A stretch of DNA of 64,000 nucleotides, from contig CAWHTV010000007.1 of the NCBI GenBank assembly GCA_963832395.1, positions 796,395 to 860,394 on the forward strand. The letters are read 5' to 3'. This document shows positions 33,473-44,041 of the stretch, piece after piece; position 1 is the stretch's first letter; the number at the start of each line of letters is the position of its first letter. The notes below the pieces were generated by a model. That model saw only the letters and a program-made list of their open reading frames with translations, did not search any database and had not been told where the DNA came from. The stretch is from an uncultured delta proteobacterium (lineage in GTDB: Bacteria; Desulfobacterota; Binatia; Binatales; Binataceae). The position numbers and the translations under genes were made by a program.

Positions 33473-34300
33473 GGAAAGTCCGCCAGATGACGCTCCACGG
33501 CGGCGGCATCGCCCCAGCACTCGGCGCGAGTCACGATATGGAGCCCCAGCGCCAGCAGCGGGAGAAAGATAAAAATTCCCGCCCAGGCGATTTCAGGCGC
33601 GCCGATACGGAACAGCATCACGATTCCGAAGCCGACCACTCCCGCGTACAGCCCCGGCCCCCAAAGCGCGCGCGACGGCGCCGCCGGCACCGCGCCCAGC
33701 GGCTTGTCGCGGCCGCGATTGAGCCGGCGATCCAGCCACTGGAAAATCGCCACGGTTACCGCCGCGACGAAATACCATCCGAGATAGTTGCTGATCGGTA
33801 CGCCGAAATGCGGCCCCGGCGGGTCGTACCAGAAAATCCTGCCCAGAAACCAGCGATCGCCGAGCACGCTCAGCGGATCGGCCACCATGTCGATCATCAC
33901 CATGAACAGCGCCGCCATCAGCCACACCCGCGGCGAGCGTCTCAGCTCCCACGTGTCGAGCGTCCGCAGGTCAAGTCCCCGCCGATAAAGCGGCGCGCTC
34001 AGCAGCAGCGCGACCGTGTAGCTGGCGAAGGAAAGGAAGGTGAACGAGATCGAGTCCATGAACGGCACGCCGGCGACCCAGATCTCGCGGCCGCGCGTCG
34101 CCTGGACGTAGTGGTAGAGCCCGAATGGAAAGCCGTTGTGCACCGAACTCCATTCGCAGGCCCACGCGACCGCGTAAGTCAGCACCGTGAACAGCGAGCG
34201 TCGTGCGCAAGCCGAAATTGACGATCGCGATCGCCAGGTAGCATCCCAGGAACACGAACACATACGGCCGCAGTGCGATTGTCGAAAGCAGCAGATGCAT
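33473..34300 (-). CDS. Polytopic membrane protein resembling the DUF422 / CruF 'carotenoid biosynthesis protein' family; last gene of the hpn operon; frame-disrupted, 3' end unresolved
   Basis: MHLLLSTIALRPYVFVFLGCYLAIAIV (ORF 33971-34300), then LFTVLTYAVAWACEWSSVHNGFPFGLYHYV...GVPFMDSISFTFLSFASY...VADPLSVLGDRWFLGRIFWY...ISNYLGWYFVAA (ORF 32650-34263). No stop occurs in this frame until 32650. The real end is presumably near the hpnG stop. Confidence 0.45.
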
Positions 34301-34320
34301 CGCCGAGCTCCAGTCCCGCC

Positions 34321-35352
34321 TCAGGCCGGAGGCCGGCGCTGACGGCCCTGCGGCGCGGCTTGCACGGCGCCGGTCGAACGAAAGAACTCGATCGCCCGCC
34401 CAAGCGCGTCATCGATCGGACGCGGCGCGTAACCCAGCGCCTCGCGCGCCTTCGAGGAATCGAAGAACATCCGCTTGCGCGCCATCCGGACCTCGGTCAG
34501 GCTCGCGCGTGGCGGACGCCGGGTAATCGTGCGCGCGACCGCCTCGGCGCCGAGCGCGAAGGTCCACGCGACCGCGTATGGCACGCGAATCCTGGGCGCG
34601 CTCAGGCCGGACAGCTTCGCCAGGCGGCCGAGCATCTGCTCCAGCGTCAGGTTTTCGCCGCCGAGAATATATTTCTCGCCGACCACGCCGCGCTCGGCGG
34701 CCAGCAGATGGCCCGTCGCCGCGTCTTCGACGTCGACCAGGTTGAGCCCGGTGTCCATGAAGGCCGGCATCCGGCGGTTCAGGAAATCGACGATTATGCG
34801 TCCGGTCGGCGTCGGCTTGTAATCGTAAGCGCCGACCGGCGTGGACGGATTGACGATCACGACCGGCACACCCTCGCGCGCGGCCTTGAGCGCCTCCTGC
34901 TCGGCGAGAAACTTCGATCGCTTGTAATGTCCCACCATGTCGTCGAGCGATACCGGCGAGTCCTCGCGTCCGGATTCGCCGTGCGGGATGCCGATTGCGC
35001 CGACGGTACTGGTATGGACCACGCGGCGGACCTTGGCGCGATGCGCCGCGGCCAGGACGTTGCGCGTGCCCTCGACGTTGGCGGCGTACATCGGCGCGGG
35101 ATCGAGCACCCACAGCCGATAGTCCGCGGCAACGTGGTAGACCTCGTCGCATCCGCGCGTCGCCTGCTCCACCGCCTCGGCATCGCGCAGGTCGCCCCAC
35201 GCAAACTCGCATGGCAAACCTTCAAGCGCGCGCAGATCGGCGCCCTTGCGCACCAGCGCGCGCACCGCGGTCCCGCGCGCGAGCAACGCCCGCACCACGT
35301 AGCATCCGACGAAGCCGTTGGCGCCGGTGACCAGTGCGATTCGCGAAGCCAT
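34321..35352 (-). CDS. hpnA: Hopanoid-associated sugar epimerase / NAD-dependent reductase HpnA
   Basis: MASRIALVTGANGFVGCYVVRALL, HVAADYRLWVLDPAPMYAANVEGTRNVL, YKRSKFLAEQE, KPTPTGRIIVDFLNRRMPAFMDTGLNLVDVEDAATGHLLA. The ATG is at 35352. It forms the 3' part of the 784-aa track ORF. Confidence 0.8.
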   Translation of the reverse strand: MASRIALVTGANGFVGCYVVRALLARGTAVRALVRKGADLRALEGLPCEFAWGDLRDAEAVEQATRGCDEVYHVAADYRLWVLDPAPMYAANVEGTRNVLAAAHRAKVRRVVHTSTVGAIGIPHGESGREDSPVSLDDMVGHYKRSKFLAEQEALKAAREGVPVVIVNPSTPVGAYDYKPTPTGRIIVDFLNRRMPAFMDTGLNLVDVEDAATGHLLAAERGVVGEKYILGGENLTLEQMLGRLAKLSGLSAPRIRVPYAVAWTFALGAEAVARTITRRPPRASLTEVRMARKRMFFDSSKAREALGYAPRPIDDALGRAIEFFRSTGAVQAAPQGRQRRPPA

Positions 35353-35357
35353 ACGCC

Positions 35358-36736
35358 TCAGGCCGGACGTGCCGAATCGCCGACGCGCGCGGCGATGGCG
35401 GCGGCCGCGGCATGCCCCGACGTAACGGCGCTCTCGATCGTCGCCGGCAGGCCGGTCTGAATCCAATCGCCGGCGAGGAACAGGTTTGCGATCGGCGTCG
35501 CCAGGCTCGGCCGCAAGCGGTCGCACTCGGGCGACGGCGCCATCGTCGCCTGCTTCTCCTTGAGCACCAGCGCCTTGAGCAGGCGAGCGTCGCGGGAGGC
35601 CGGGATCATCGCATTCAAATCGCCGGTGACGAGGTCGAGCAGCTCTTCGTTGCCGGCGTCGACGAGCTTGCGCGCGCCGCTGATGACGAAACTCAAATAG
35701 CCATTGGCGCGCTCGCCATTTTCGGCAAAAATTCGGCGCTTGTTGAAAAGCCATTGCGTGGTCGTGCCGACGAAGCCGACGAAAGCCGCGTCGGTGATTT
35801 CGCGATCGAACCACGCATGGACGCAGATAATCGGCGACGAAGTGATCTCGCCCAGGTGCGCGAAGAACGGATCGGCGCCGGCCCCTTCCGGCAGAAGGCG
35901 CGCGAGCTGTGCCGGCGGAACCGCGGCGATAAAGTTGGCCGCCTGCAAACGGCGGCCGTCGCGCAGCCGCACGCCGGTTATTTTGCCTTCCGCGCCGAAC
36001 TCCAGCATCTCGACCACGGCGCGAGTCTCGACCAGGCCGCCGCTCGCCTCGATCAGCCGCACGGAGCCGGGGCAATAGAGGTCGCTCAGCCCGACCTTGG
36101 CGTAGACGAAGGCGGAATCGGAGCGGCGCGAGAAAAACGCGCGCTTTAGAACTTCGGCCAGCAAAGCCGCGGAGGCGAGTTCGGGATCCTCGTTGAGCGT
36201 CGCGATCGCCAGCGGATACCAAAAGCATTGCCGCGCCCGTTCGCCCTGCCCCAGTTCGTCCATCAGCGTCTTGACGGTCGCCTGGCGCAGGTGCGCGCGG
36301 TCGCGGCGATGCATCCGCAGCATCCTGAGCCCCGCCACCATCGCGCTCAGGCGCTCGCGCGGGCGTCAGCAGCCCGTAGCGCATCAGCGCGGCGGTCATG
36401 TGCAGAGGGCCCGGCAGGCGCGCGGTTTTGAGCACGCCCGCGCGCCCGTCGCGCTCGAGCATCTCGATTGCGAGATCGCGCTGGAACACCAACTGGCCGC
36501 TCTGGCCGATACGGTCGAGAAACTTGAACGTCTCGGCGTAGCAGCCCATCAGCACGTGCTGGCCGTTGTCGACGAAATCGCCGGTCTCGGCGTCGGCGAA
36601 CGAATAGGCACGGCCGCCCAGCGCCGGTTTGCGCTTCGAGCACGGCGACGCGAAAGCCCCGCCTGGCGAGCGCAACCGCGGCGCTCAGCCCGGCGAATCC
36701 GCCGCCGATCACGACGACGTCGCGCGCCTCGACCAT
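35358..36736 (-). CDS. hpnE: Hydroxysqualene dehydroxylase HpnE (FAD-dependent amine-oxidase fold), frame-disrupted
   Basis: MVEARDVVVIGGGFAGLSAAVALARRGFRVAVLE (dinucleotide fold), ALGGRAYSF...DNGQHVLMGCY..., and C-terminal NLFLAGDWIQTGLPATIESAVTSG. The pieces are in three frames. The switch at ~36640 was not examined; the one at ~36350 is an extra C in a CCC run. Confidence 0.8.
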
Positions 36737-36742
36737 CGAGGC

Positions 36743-37645
36743 CTAGCTCCTCGCCCGCAGCCGCGTGCCGGCCCAGGTGCGGCCGACCAGGTAGAGCTTG
36801 CGCGGGGTGGAGATACGATGGCGCCGGCCAACGACGCCGCAGCCCTTGCTGGCGATCCGCTCGAGCAGCGCGCGATAAATGGATCGCATCGCTTCCGCAC
36901 ACACCATCGCGGCGCGGTCCTCGGCGGCAAGCGCCTGTTCGGCCAGCGCGTAGAACGAACGCGCCCGTTCGACTTCGTACTCCAGCAAGCGGCGAAGTTC
37001 GAGCGTGTCGGCGCCGCGCAGGATCTCGTCCTCGGTCACGCCGAAATTCGCGAGGTCTTCCAGCGGCAGATAGATGCGGCCGCGGGAGGCGTCTTCGCTC
37101 AAGTCGCGGATGATGTTGGTGAGCTGGAAGGCGATGCCGAGATTTTCGGCGTACTCGCGGGTGCGCGGGTTGCGATAGCCGAAAATTTCGATACAGACCA
37201 GGCCGACCGCCGAGGCGACGCGGTAGCAGTACAAGCGAAGCTCCTCGAAGGTCGCGTAGCGCGTGCGCCCCAGGTCCATCTCGACGCCATCGATTATCTC
37301 TTCGAAGTAGCGGCGCGGGATCGCGAACCGGCGCACGTTGTGGGCGAGCGCGCGGGATATCGGATGAGCCGGCGAGCCGTTGAACACGCGCTCGAGTTCC
37401 TCGCGCCAGCGCGTCAGCAGTTCGGCGGGATTGCCGACCGACTGGTCGTCGGCGATATCGTCGACGAAACGGCAAAACGCGTAGACCGAGTACAGCGCCT
37501 GGCGGCGCTCGGCCGGCAGCAGCATGAAGGCGTAATAAAAATTGGACGAGGAACGGCGCGTGATCGACGCGCAGCGCGCGTAATCTTCCCGCAGCGCCGC
37601 ATCCGTTTCGGGCATCGGCGCAACCGCGATGCTTTCAGGTTTCAA
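36743..37645 (-). CDS. hpnD: Presqualene diphosphate synthase HpnD (squalene/phytoene synthase family)
   Basis: Intact 300-aa ORF with SSNFYYAFMLLPAERRQALYSVYAFCRFVDDIADD and YCYRVASAVG...FQLTNIIRDLSEDASRGRIYLP. Confidence 0.8.
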   Translation of the reverse strand: MKPESIAVAPMPETDAALREDYARCASITRRSSSNFYYAFMLLPAERRQALYSVYAFCRFVDDIADDQSVGNPAELLTRWREELERVFNGSPAHPISRALAHNVRRFAIPRRYFEEIIDGVEMDLGRTRYATFEELRLYCYRVASAVGLVCIEIFGYRNPRTREYAENLGIAFQLTNIIRDLSEDASRGRIYLPLEDLANFGVTEDEILRGADTLELRRLLEYEVERARSFYALAEQALAAEDRAAMVCAEAMRSIYRALLERIASKGCGVVGRRHRISTPRKLYLVGRTWAGTRLRARS

Positions 37646-38521
37646 GCCGCCCCCGCAGCGCCCGCCATCCCAGGCGCAGATAGTCCAATTTGCCGAGCGA
37701 GGGGCGGTGGCGGAACACGTCGTAGTCCGCGCGCTCGATCGCGCGCAGGATCGCCAGCCCTCCGCCCGCGAACATCATGATGTCGCGCGAGAGCCTTCTG
37801 TCCACCATCGCGGCGAGCGCCGCGCCCGACACCAGCAATTCGCGCGCGCAGGCGACCTCATACCGCATCAGCGCGGCGAAATTCGAGTTCGTGTCGTGCA
37901 GGCGCAGGTCCTCGATGCTCACGCCGAAGCGCCGCCATGTCCCGACGCGGCAGATAGACGCGCCCCTTTTCGAGATCGACGGCGACGTCCTGCCAGAAGT
38001 TGGCGAGCTGAAGCCCGCTGCACACCTGGTCGGAGAGACGCTGGCGCTCGGCGTCGCGGTAGCCGAACAGGTAGAGCACGAGGCGGCCGACGGGGTTGGC
38101 CGAGTAGCGCGAATAGCCGAGCAGATCGTCGAGGGTCTCGAAGCCGCGAAAGTCGAGGTCGGAGCGAAACGCGTGCAGCAGGTCGGCGAACGGCTCGCGC
38201 GGAATGTCGAAACGGCGCGCGGTGTCGGCCAGCGCGACGAACACCGGATGGCGCGGCGCGCCGGCGTAAGCGAGGTCGAGTTCGCGTTCCCATTGATCGA
38301 GCTTGGCCGGGTCGTGCTCCTCGTCGGCAAAATCGTCGGCCATGCGCGCGTAGGCGTAGATCGCATGCATGTGCTTGCGCATCGCGCGCGGCATCAGCCA
38401 CGACGCGACGGTGAAATTTTCGTAGTGCGAGCGCGCCAGACGCGCGCAGAACTCGTAGGCCTGGGCGAGCGCCGCCGCATCGGGCTCGACGCCGGCGGCG
38501 ACGGAATAGCGGCGCGCGCAT
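37635..38521 (-). CDS. hpnC: Hydroxysqualene synthase HpnC (squalene/phytoene synthase family), frame-disrupted
   Basis: SHYENFTVASWLMPRAMRKHMHAIYAYARMADDFADE and YSANPVGRLVLYLFG...LQLANFWQDVAVDLEKGRVYLP. The C-terminus FGVSIEDLRLH...GLAILRAIERADYDVF is in another frame (switch ~37930). A further switch lies right after the ATG at 38521. It overlaps hpnD by 11 nt. Confidence 0.75.
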
Positions 38522-38568
38522 CGGGCGCTAACGCGGAACTGGGGTTGTTGGCGCCCTCGGCGTCCACG

Positions 38569-39746
38569 TCAGAGGCTCGCGGCAGGCGCGTGTCCGATCA
38601 GCTCCTGCGCCTGGGCGCGAGCCCATCCGTCGACCTCGTAGAGATCCTCCAGGGTGCGCGCGGGGCAGTTCTGATGGCGCGTCATCACGGTCTCGATATG
38701 GCGCGGGATATCGGCGAAGTGCGCGCGCCCGCCCAGGAAGGCCGCGACCAGTTCCTCGTTGGCGGCGTTGAGGCAGGCCGCCATCGTGCCGCCCGCCTCG
38801 AGCGCCTGGTACGCGAGCCGCAGGCACGGGAAACGCGCCGGATCCGGCTCTTCGAAAGTCAGGTTGCCGCGCTCGACCAGCGAGAGCGATTTCAGATGGT
38901 CGAGCGGCAGGCGGTCGGGAAAAGCCAGCGCATAGGCGACCGGAATCGCCATGTCCGGCTCGGCCATCTCGGCGATCACCGAGCCGTCGATCATCTCGAC
39001 CATCGAATGGATGACGCTTTGCGGATGGATGACGACCGCGATGCGCTCGGCGGGAAGATCGAACAGCCAGTGCGCCTCGATCACTTCGAGCCCCTTGTTC
39101 ATCAGGGTCGCGGAGTCGATCGTAATCTTGTTGCCCATCCGCCAGGTGGGATGGTTGAGCGCCTCGGCCACGGTTATCGACGCGAAGCGATCGGGCGGGA
39201 GGCGGAGAAACGGACCGCCCGACGCGGTCAGGATGATGCGCTTGAGCGAGGCGCGGCCGCGTCCCTCCAGGCACTGGAAAATCGCGTTGTGCTCGCTATC
39301 GACCGGCAGCAGGCGCACGCCGCGCTCGCGCACCGCGGCCGTCATCATCTCGCCCGCGATAACCAGCACTTCCTTGTTGGCGAACGCGATGTCCTTGCCG
39401 GCCGCGATCGCGGCCAGCGTGGGACCGAGTCCGAGCGCGCCGACCAGGGCCGAAACCACGATCGTCGGCCGCCGGATGAGTCGCCACGGCGACAGCGCCC
39501 TCGCGTCCATGATGGATTTCCGGTCCTGCACGACGGGCCCAGCCGGCGCTTGAGTTCGCCCGCCAGTTCGGCCGTGGCGACGGAAACCAGTTCGGGGCGA
39601 TGGCGCTCGATCTGGCGGACCAAGAGATCGAGATTGCGCCCGGCCGCCATCGCCACCACGCGGAAACGGTCGCGAAAGCGATCCACCACGTCGAGCGTGG
39701 TGACGCCGACCGAGCCCGTGGAGCCGAGAATTGCGATCGACTTCAC
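38569..39746 (-). CDS. dxr: 1-deoxy-D-xylulose-5-phosphate reductoisomerase, frame-disrupted
   Basis: MKSIAILGSTGSVGVTTLDVV, GREGAVAVATHPAAD (third frame), IVVSALVGALGLGPTLAAIAAGKDIAFANKEVLV, LLPVDSEHNAIFQCL, LTASGGPF, NHPTWRMGNKITIDSATLMNKGLEVIEAH. Switches are at ~39540 and ~39470. Confidence 0.9.
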
Positions 39747-39762
39747 GTCCGCCTCTTGAGCT

Positions 39763-41742
39763 TCAATGCGCGGCGAGTTCCGTCATCCGCTTGCGCAGGC
39801 GCCCGAGCGCCATCAGCGGAAAGTAGTGCGCATAAAGATGGTAGCGCAGGTAGAAATGATTGGGAAAGCCGGTTCCGGTGAACTCGACCTCCTCCCAGTC
39901 GCCGGTTTCGCGCTGGCGCTCCACGAGCCATTGCAGGCCGCGCATCAGATGCGGACCGATACCGTCCTCGCCGGCCAGCAGCCCGATCATCGCCCACGCG
40001 GTTTGCGACGGCGTGCTGGTGCCGCGCCCGCGCCAGGCCGGGTCCTTGTCGCTCAGACAGCTCTCGCCCCATCCGCCGTCCTCGTTCTGTTTCGACTTGA
40101 GCCAGGCGACCGAGCGCTGAATCCAGGGCTCGCTCGGGCTGACGCCGATCGCGCGCAATCCCGAAAGCGCCGTGCTGGTGCCGTAAATGTAGTTGACGCC
40201 CCAACGCCCCCACCACGAGCCGTCGTCCTCCTGCTCGCGCTTGAGCCACTCGATCGCGCGGCGCGCGACCGCATGGTCGGCGCGGTAGCCGACCGCCGCC
40301 ATCATCTCGAGCACGCGGCCGGTCAGGTCGGGACAGGTCGGGTCGGTGGCCGACTCGGTGTCGGCGGCGAAGGTCGCGTGGTTGAACCAGGTCGCCTTGT
40401 TGTCGACGTCGAAGGCGGCGAAGCCGCCGTCCTTCGATTGCATGCCCATCACCCAGTTCGCGCCGCGGCTGATTGCGTTCTCGCGCGCGGCGGCATCGTC
40501 GGCGGCGGCATCCGCGAGCACCATCAGGATGACCGCCGAGTCGTCGACGTCGGGATACCAGTCGTTGAAAAACTCGAAGGCCCATCCGCCGGGCTCCAGG
40601 TCGGGCCGTTTAATCGACCAATCGCCGGGCTTGAAGATTTGATGATCGATGAGCCACTTCGACGCATCGCGCAGCGCCGGATGCTCCGGCGCGAGGCCCG
40701 AATCGATCAGCGCCTTGGCGGCGAGCGCGGTGTCCCAGTTGGGCGAAACGCAGGGCTGGAAGAGAATCGAGTCGCCTTGATCCCAGATGAGCTCGTGCGT
40801 CGCGTCGAGCGCCTTTTTGATCACCGGATGGTCGTTGCGGTAGCCGAGCCCCTTCAGCGCCATCGCGCTCAGCAAATAGCAGGGCTGGATTCCACCCCAC
40901 GATCCGTTGGCGTCCTGATGGTCGAGCAGCCAGCGCTCGGCCCGCGCCACGGCGTCGCGGCGCAGGCGCTTCAGATGATGGCGGTCGTATAAGCGCAGAA
41001 GCCGGTCGGCGAGGTTGAAGAACTGGCGCGGCGACCACCAGTGCGCCGGTCGCGGCAACTCGAACTTGGTGAAATGCGGCGGCTGGATATAAAGCTCGAG
41101 CACGCCCTCGCGCCAATCGATCTCGACAATCGGACGCCCCGCGCGCAGCAGCATCAGCGCGACCAGCGTGCCGCGCGCCCATGAAGAAAGCTCGTAGATG
41201 TTAACCGGGAGCCAGTCGGGCGTGAGAATCCATTCCACCGGCAGCGCGGTGGTGCAATCCCACGGCACCTGGTTCATGGCCGCGAGATAGAAGCGGGCGA
41301 GCGTGCCCGAGCGGGCGATTCCGCCGCGCGCGAGAATCCATCGGCGCGCCTGCATCATCTGCTCGTCGCCGGCGCGCAGCCCGGTCAGCTTGAGCGCGAA
41401 GTAGGCCTCGATCGAGGTCGACAGATCGCCCTCGCCGCCGGGAAACAGGTTCCAGCTTCCGTCGGGCTGCTGAAGATCGAGCAGATGGCGCTTGAGCTTG
41501 GCATCCATCTCGGGATCGCTGACGCCCATGAAGCGGTTGAAGATGATGTACTCGGCGTTCATCTCGCCGTTGGCCTCGAGCGCCGCCTGCCAGTAGCCCT
41601 CCGGATGCTGAAGCGCGAGCAGCGCGCGCTGGGAACGGTCGACGGTGGACTGGAGCTTCGCGGCGAACTCGTCGTGCGGCGCGGGCGCGACGAGCGTCTG
41701 CTCCAGAGCTCTGCCGTTGGCGATTTCGATAGCTTCACTCAT
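39763..41742 (-). CDS. shc: Squalene-hopene cyclase
   Basis: Intact 659-aa ORF. Multiple QW motifs (QQPDGSWN, HQDANGSWGG, EQEDDGSWWGRWG, KQNEDGGWGE, RQRETGDWEE) and the DVDDSAV (DxDD) protonation motif. Confidence 0.92.
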   Translation of the reverse strand: MSEAIEIANGRALEQTLVAPAPHDEFAAKLQSTVDRSQRALLALQHPEGYWQAALEANGEMNAEYIIFNRFMGVSDPEMDAKLKRHLLDLQQPDGSWNLFPGGEGDLSTSIEAYFALKLTGLRAGDEQMMQARRWILARGGIARSGTLARFYLAAMNQVPWDCTTALPVEWILTPDWLPVNIYELSSWARGTLVALMLLRAGRPIVEIDWREGVLELYIQPPHFTKFELPRPAHWWSPRQFFNLADRLLRLYDRHHLKRLRRDAVARAERWLLDHQDANGSWGGIQPCYLLSAMALKGLGYRNDHPVIKKALDATHELIWDQGDSILFQPCVSPNWDTALAAKALIDSGLAPEHPALRDASKWLIDHQIFKPGDWSIKRPDLEPGGWAFEFFNDWYPDVDDSAVILMVLADAAADDAAARENAISRGANWVMGMQSKDGGFAAFDVDNKATWFNHATFAADTESATDPTCPDLTGRVLEMMAAVGYRADHAVARRAIEWLKREQEDDGSWWGRWGVNYIYGTSTALSGLRAIGVSPSEPWIQRSVAWLKSKQNEDGGWGESCLSDKDPAWRGRGTSTPSQTAWAMIGLLAGEDGIGPHLMRGLQWLVERQRETGDWEEVEFTGTGFPNHFYLRYHLYAHYFPLMALGRLRKRMTELAAH

Positions 41743-41841
41743 AGGATTCGAGATTCCTGCCGGTCATCGGCGTGTTATCGGCCGGAGAGCCGCACTGCGG
41801 ATCTCCCAACACCCCCTCCCCTCCTCGCGCCGTCAGTCCCT

Positions 41842-42855
41842 TCAGGGAATGACCGCGCACTTCAACACCGTGCCACGCTCGAGCATCTCAAAGACTCCGG
41901 CGATATCCGCGAGCGGACGATGCGCATTGATGATGCGGCCGGCACCGAGGCGGCCATCCGCGAGCAGCTCGTAAGCGCGGCGCACGTCGCGCGGCCGAAA
42001 ATGAAACGGAGCGATCAGCGTGAGATTGTCGTAGTGCATGCGGCGCGTGTCGATCTCGAGCGCGGTGCCGGCGGCGCATCCGCCGAAGAACACCACCCGG
42101 CCGCCGCGCCGCACGCGCGCGAACGCGTCACGCCATCCCTCGACCTGCCCGGTGCACTCGATCACCAGGTCGGGCCCGAAGCCGTCGTTGAGCCGCGCAA
42201 CTTCGGCCGCGGGATCGCCCGTGGCGGTGTCGATCACGCGGTCAGCGCCGAGCCGTCCCGCCCATTCGAGGCGATCCGCGCCGCGCCCGGCGACCGCGAC
42301 CTCGCGCACCCCGGCCGCGCGCAGCGCCAGCATATGGAGCAGGCCGAAGGCGCCCGCGCCGATTATCAGCACGCTCTCGGCGGGCTCGGGCCGCGCGAGC
42401 GCCTGCGCATGGACGATGCAGGAAAGCGGCTCGAGCAGCGCGGCCTCTTCGAAAGAAAGCGCGGCGGGCTTGCGAAAGGCGTTGCGCGCGACCACATGGG
42501 CCGGCAGCAGCAGAAAATCCGCATACGCCCCCATCACCATCTTCTCCATCGCCTGCGGGCAGAGATTTTCCTGTCCGCGCCGGCAATAGAAACATGCACC
42601 GCAGGGCGCGGTCGGCGCCGCCATCAGCTCGTCGCCGACCTCGAACCCGGTCACGCCTTCGCCCGCCTCGGCCACCACGCCCGCGAACTCGTGTCCAAAC
42701 GGCGTGGGCAGACGCCACATCGGATGGCCGCGGCGATAGGTCTTGAGATCGGTGCCGCAACTTAGCGCGCATTTGACGCGCAGCAGAAGCTCGCCGGGGC
42801 CGGGGCGCGGCGGCGTGAAATCGCACAGCCGCAGATCGCCCGGCGCGAACAGCAC
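41842..42855 (-). CDS. Zinc-dependent medium-chain alcohol dehydrogenase/reductase
   Basis: Intact 337-aa ORF with CGTDLKTYRRGH, GHEFAGVV, structural-zinc Cys cluster CGACFYCRRGQENLC and IIGAGAFGL (Rossmann). Confidence 0.8.
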   Translation of the reverse strand: MLFAPGDLRLCDFTPPRPGPGELLLRVKCALSCGTDLKTYRRGHPMWRLPTPFGHEFAGVVAEAGEGVTGFEVGDELMAAPTAPCGACFYCRRGQENLCPQAMEKMVMGAYADFLLLPAHVVARNAFRKPAALSFEEAALLEPLSCIVHAQALARPEPAESVLIIGAGAFGLLHMLALRAAGVREVAVAGRGADRLEWAGRLGADRVIDTATGDPAAEVARLNDGFGPDLVIECTGQVEGWRDAFARVRRGGRVVFFGGCAAGTALEIDTRRMHYDNLTLIAPFHFRPRDVRRAYELLADGRLGAGRIINAHRPLADIAGVFEMLERGTVLKCAVIP

Positions 42856-42921
42856 GGCCTGGCGCGCATGCGCGCGGCGCCGGCGCGACCGCCGCGGAAA
42901 AAGCTTCGACCGCGGCTGGCT

Positions 42922-43939
42922 TCACAGTCTGCGCTCCACGGCGAAACTCGCCAGCGCCCGCAGCGGTTCGGCGCGATGGTCGAACCCGTCGAGCGCGTGA
43001 CGCGCGCGGCGCTCCAGGTCGCGCGCGAGCTGCCACGACTTGTCCAGGCCGATCAGCGCCGGGTAGGTATTCTTGCCGTGCGCGACGTCCTTACCCGTGC
43101 GCTTGCCCATCTGCTCGGTCGAAGCCTCGACGTCGAGGATATCGTCGATCACCTGGAAGGCGAGTCCGAGTGCGCGCGCGTACGCCTCCAGCGCCTCGAG
43201 CTGCGCCTCGCTGGCGCCGCCCAGGCGCGCGCCGCCGCGCACCGCGGCGATAAACAGCGCGCCGGTTTTCCTGCGATGCAGGTATTCCAGCTCTTCGATC
43301 GTCATGGTGCGGCCTTCACCGAGCAGATCGATCGCCTGCCCCGCCACCATCCCGGCCGAGCCCGCCGCCTCGGCCAGTTCGGCGACCGTCGCGAGCAGCG
43401 CCGCGGGCGGCACGCTGGCGGACGACGCGGCGGATTTGGCGAGCATCCAGAACGCGTCGGTCAGGAGCGCGTCGCCGGCCAGCGTCGCGATCGCGTCGCC
43501 GTAAATCTTGTGATTGGTCGGACGGCCGCGGCGCAGATCGTCGTCGTCCATGCAGGGCAGGTCGTCGTGAATCAGCGAATAGGTATGAATCATCTCCATC
43601 GCGCACGCGAACCCCATCGCGGCTTCCAACGAGCCGCCGACCGCTTCGCACGCCGCCAGCGCAAGCACCGGCCGCAGCCGCTTGCCGCCCGCGAGCAGGC
43701 TGTAGCGCATCGCCTCGAAGAGCCGGCCCGGCCGGAGCGTCAGTCTCCGCGACCGCGCCGGCGAGCGCCCGATCGACGATCGCCGCGCGCTCGCGCAGGT
43801 AGCGCTCGATTTCCAGCGGCGCGCCGCCGTCCGCGTGCGCGCGCCCGTTGGCCGACGCGGCGTCCGGATGCGCGTGCGCCGCGGCTTCGCGCTTCGGCGC
43901 GGGCATATGATCGGACTGATTGGGTTTCGCTTCCGCCAT
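42922..43939 (-). CDS. Polyprenyl diphosphate synthase (FPP/GGPP synthase type), frame-disrupted
   Basis: LIHDDLPCMDDDDLRRGRP (first Asp-rich motif), GQAIDL, KTGAL and FQVIDDILD (second Asp-rich motif). The N-terminal ~65 aa (MAEAKPNQ...LEIERYLRERAAIVDRAL) are in ORF 43316-44002 (switch ~43740). Confidence 0.85.
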
Positions 43940-44041
43940 CGGGTTACCGTCGTCGTCGATTACCAAAGGCCATCGCGCGGAGCAGCGTCCGCGCGCGCGC
44001 ACGCGGTGTGGCGCGGCGCCCGCGCCGGGCAGCAGCCTCGG

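Noticed and set aside
32650-34263. 537-aa ORF extending the DUF422-like membrane protein antisense through all of hpnG
   Set aside because: The sequence downstream of ~33470 is Ala/Arg/Ser-rich with no membrane or domain character. It mirrors the hpnG coding strand. It is probably read-through caused by a lost stop or a frameshift.
34321-36675. 784-aa ORF that could be read as a giant HpnE-HpnA fusion protein
   Set aside because: Only the last 343 aa (from the ATG at 35352) are HpnA-like. The upstream part is Arg/Ala-rich nonsense apart from one short genuine HpnE segment. HpnE is otherwise read in two other frames. The long ORF exists only because stop codons are rare in GC-rich DNA.
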